Of a DNA stretch of 64,000 nucleotides, positions 62,136 to 64,000 are shown piece by piece. The notes under the pieces were generated by a model, which was not told the origin of the DNA, did no database searches, and was given only the letters and a program-made list of their open reading frames with translations. Origin of the DNA: an uncultured Fibrobacteria bacterium (GTDB taxonomy: Bacteria; Fibrobacterota; Fibrobacteria; UBA11236); assembly GCA_963716395.1 (NCBI GenBank), contig OY970309.1:576001-640000 (forward strand). Reading direction: 5' to 3'. A program made the position numbers and the translations under genes. The number at the start of each line of letters is the position of its first letter. The stretch's first letter is position 1.

Positions 62136-63530
62136 TTACATTCCCAGTTCGAGCCGCAGCAGGTAATACCATGATCCATCATGCCAAGGCAATTTTTCAT
62201 TGTCCGTAACCGGATACGTGCTCGGCGCGGCGTTCAAATCGAAAGGACGGAAATGATCATTGGCCACCTGCCCGACCAAGGAAACGCCCTGAATAATGTG
62301 TCGGCGAAAATAAATGGACCATTTGAAATTGTCGTAATGCTGGGTGTATATGCCCGAGGCGGCCGGTATGGGCGCAGGTCCGACCAACACGCTTTCCAAG
62401 TTGTCCTGGTAACGGGAATAATGGTATTCCGTTTCCAGGGACAATTTGTCCAGCCATTTGAAGGTCGGGATGTCGATGCCGATCATCACCGGCATGCGTT
62501 CGTAAGCGTCTTTGTAGTAATAGGGGTAATCCTTGACCCCCAGCCAGGCCCACTCCCCGTATAACTTGAAATCTCCGGGAGCGATGGCGTCTGTATTCAA
62601 CAGCATGCCGAGATCCACGCTGGCGCGCGCCATCAATTTGATGCTGTGAAAAGTGTAATAGGCTGTATCGGTGGCCGCCACGGTATCCATGTTTAGGGGT
62701 AAACCGGTATTCGGATCATACCCCCATGCGGAATAGCCATTTCCGCTTATGTCTTTCTCGCTTTGAAAGGGGAGTGCATGCGTAAAAACCACGCCGCCGC
62801 CGAATTCGAAAAAGGAAGCGGGCTTCACCGTAATCAGGTAGCCCGGATCCAAATCGCCGGTGGGCTCGAGATCGCGTTCCATGAACAAGGTGAAATCGTT
62901 GGTGATCGCCCCTCCGAGCATGGGCACGGTGAGCCGAGCGCCCTGGGCGAAATATTGCGCGTTATCGATGATGGACCATCCGCCGGTTTGCATATAGGTT
63001 GGGTAGGCGCTGCCGCGGAACAGATACTCGCCCAGATTTTTGGCGTCCGGGTTGTACTTCATGGGGAAAAAACCGAATTGCAAGGTGGCCGCGGGGTTTT
63101 TGGGGTCGCTGCCGAATTTGTATTGGCCTTGCGCCTGCCCCACGCCCGGTCCGAATTTGACGAGATGATCGATGTAGGTGGTTCCTCGGGGAATGGCATA
63201 CCAGAATAGCCCGCCGACCGTCAATTGCACGCTGAGCCGGTCGGCATAGGTGCCCGACTGTGTGACATAAACGCCGACCCGGTTCACGACCCGGTCATCT
63301 TCATTTTGCTCCAGTTGCTGGCTATGCGCAAAGCCGCGCACGATTTGGCCGAAATCGAAAGTCGCGCCCACGGAGGTCGGATTTCGCACCAAATCTGCCT
63401 GGCTCATGAGCGGTAAAGCCAAGCCCAGACAGCACCCTAAAACCAAGGGCTGCAGCCCAACCTTCATGCTTCGCGATACGCTCCCCATTGCACAAAATAC
63501 CTTTGGTTGCGGGTCTAACTTTTTCCTCAT
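62136..63530 (-). CDS. Hypothetical outer-membrane protein (paralog of 60700-62124)
   Basis: Signal peptide, QFGFFPMKYNPDAKNLGEYL, C-terminal WYYLLRLELGM. Confidence 0.75.
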   Translation of the reverse strand: MRKKLDPQPKVFCAMGSVSRSMKVGLQPLVLGCCLGLALPLMSQADLVRNPTSVGATFDFGQIVRGFAHSQQLEQNEDDRVVNRVGVYVTQSGTYADRLSVQLTVGGLFWYAIPRGTTYIDHLVKFGPGVGQAQGQYKFGSDPKNPAATLQFGFFPMKYNPDAKNLGEYLFRGSAYPTYMQTGGWSIIDNAQYFAQGARLTVPMLGGAITNDFTLFMERDLEPTGDLDPGYLITVKPASFFEFGGGVVFTHALPFQSEKDISGNGYSAWGYDPNTGLPLNMDTVAATDTAYYTFHSIKLMARASVDLGMLLNTDAIAPGDFKLYGEWAWLGVKDYPYYYKDAYERMPVMIGIDIPTFKWLDKLSLETEYHYSRYQDNLESVLVGPAPIPAASGIYTQHYDNFKWSIYFRRHIIQGVSLVGQVANDHFRPFDLNAAPSTYPVTDNEKLPWHDGSWYYLLRLELGM

Positions 63531-63740
63531 TACCGTGCTCCCTTGTACAACTCGTGCCTCCGAGAATTTTGAAGCGAAGGATAAATATAAAGCCTTGAAT
63601 CACTGACGCTCATGTTTTTTTAGTTCTTCTGTGACTAGTTAAGCCCGTTCGGCTTGAAAATCGTCCAACGGACTCACTTCTCTTTTTTTAAACCCATCGG
63701 AGTTCGCCGGAGTATGGAGAGGGGTTGAGGCACCCCGGTT

Positions 63741-64000
63741 TCAAACGTCCAATATGGTCATCGCTTCGCGTAAGGAGGCGAGCGGATCCCGGGTGGGGAT
63801 GAATTCCAATCCGACATAACCGGTATACCCGGTATCCAAAATGGCGCCCATGACCGCCGAATAATTGACTTCCTGTCCCGATCCGATTTCGCCGCGGCCA
63901 GGCACACCCGCCACCTGCACATGCCCGATTTTTCCGGTCAGGTTTCGAATCCTACGGATGAGATCGCCGTCCATGATCTGCACATGGTAGACGTCGAGGA
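63741..64000 (-). CDS. Hydroxypyruvate isomerase family protein (5'-truncated by window edge)
   Basis: DVYHVQIMDGD..IGHVQVAGVPGRGE..EVNY..GYTGYVGLEFIP. Confidence 0.85.
   Translation of the reverse strand, partial: LDVYHVQIMDGDLIRRIRNLTGKIGHVQVAGVPGRGEIGSGQEVNYSAVMGAILDTGYTGYVGLEFIPTRDPLASLREAMTILDV

Overview
GC-rich bacterial chromosome segment with about 60 CDSs, mostly housekeeping: ddl, galE, lpxH, glgP, prs, ahpC, hisEG, acs, ybeY, mqnE, hemB, parE/parC, rpmG. Several traits suggest an FCB-group organism, most plausibly Fibrobacterota (inference): Bacteroidota-like L33 and topoisomerase IV, a T9SS-like C-terminal domain, the futalosine pathway, and an outer-membrane family with the motif KYNPDxxNLGEYL. 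The window opens in the 3' part of a T6SS ClpV/TssH gene and ends in a visibly AT-richer block of exported proteins. No rRNA, tRNA, CRISPR array or transposase was recognised. The most striking signal is a tandem pair of small lipoproteins (6914-8313) built from D-S/T-(A/I/L/V/M/T) tripeptides spaced 9 or 11 residues apart. This tripeptide is the Bacteroidota O-glycosylation sequon. It is also strongly enriched in a cadherin-like lipoprotein and rare in the cytoplasmic proteins checked, which suggests a sequon-directed O-glycosylation system with dedicated glycan-display scaffolds. Other notable points: two vapBC modules embedded in housekeeping operons (one between parE and parC, one with a frameshifted toxin ahead of hisEG), many apparently leaderless genes, a GH2 that seems to lack its nucleophile, and a candidate structured RNA at about 45.3 kb.
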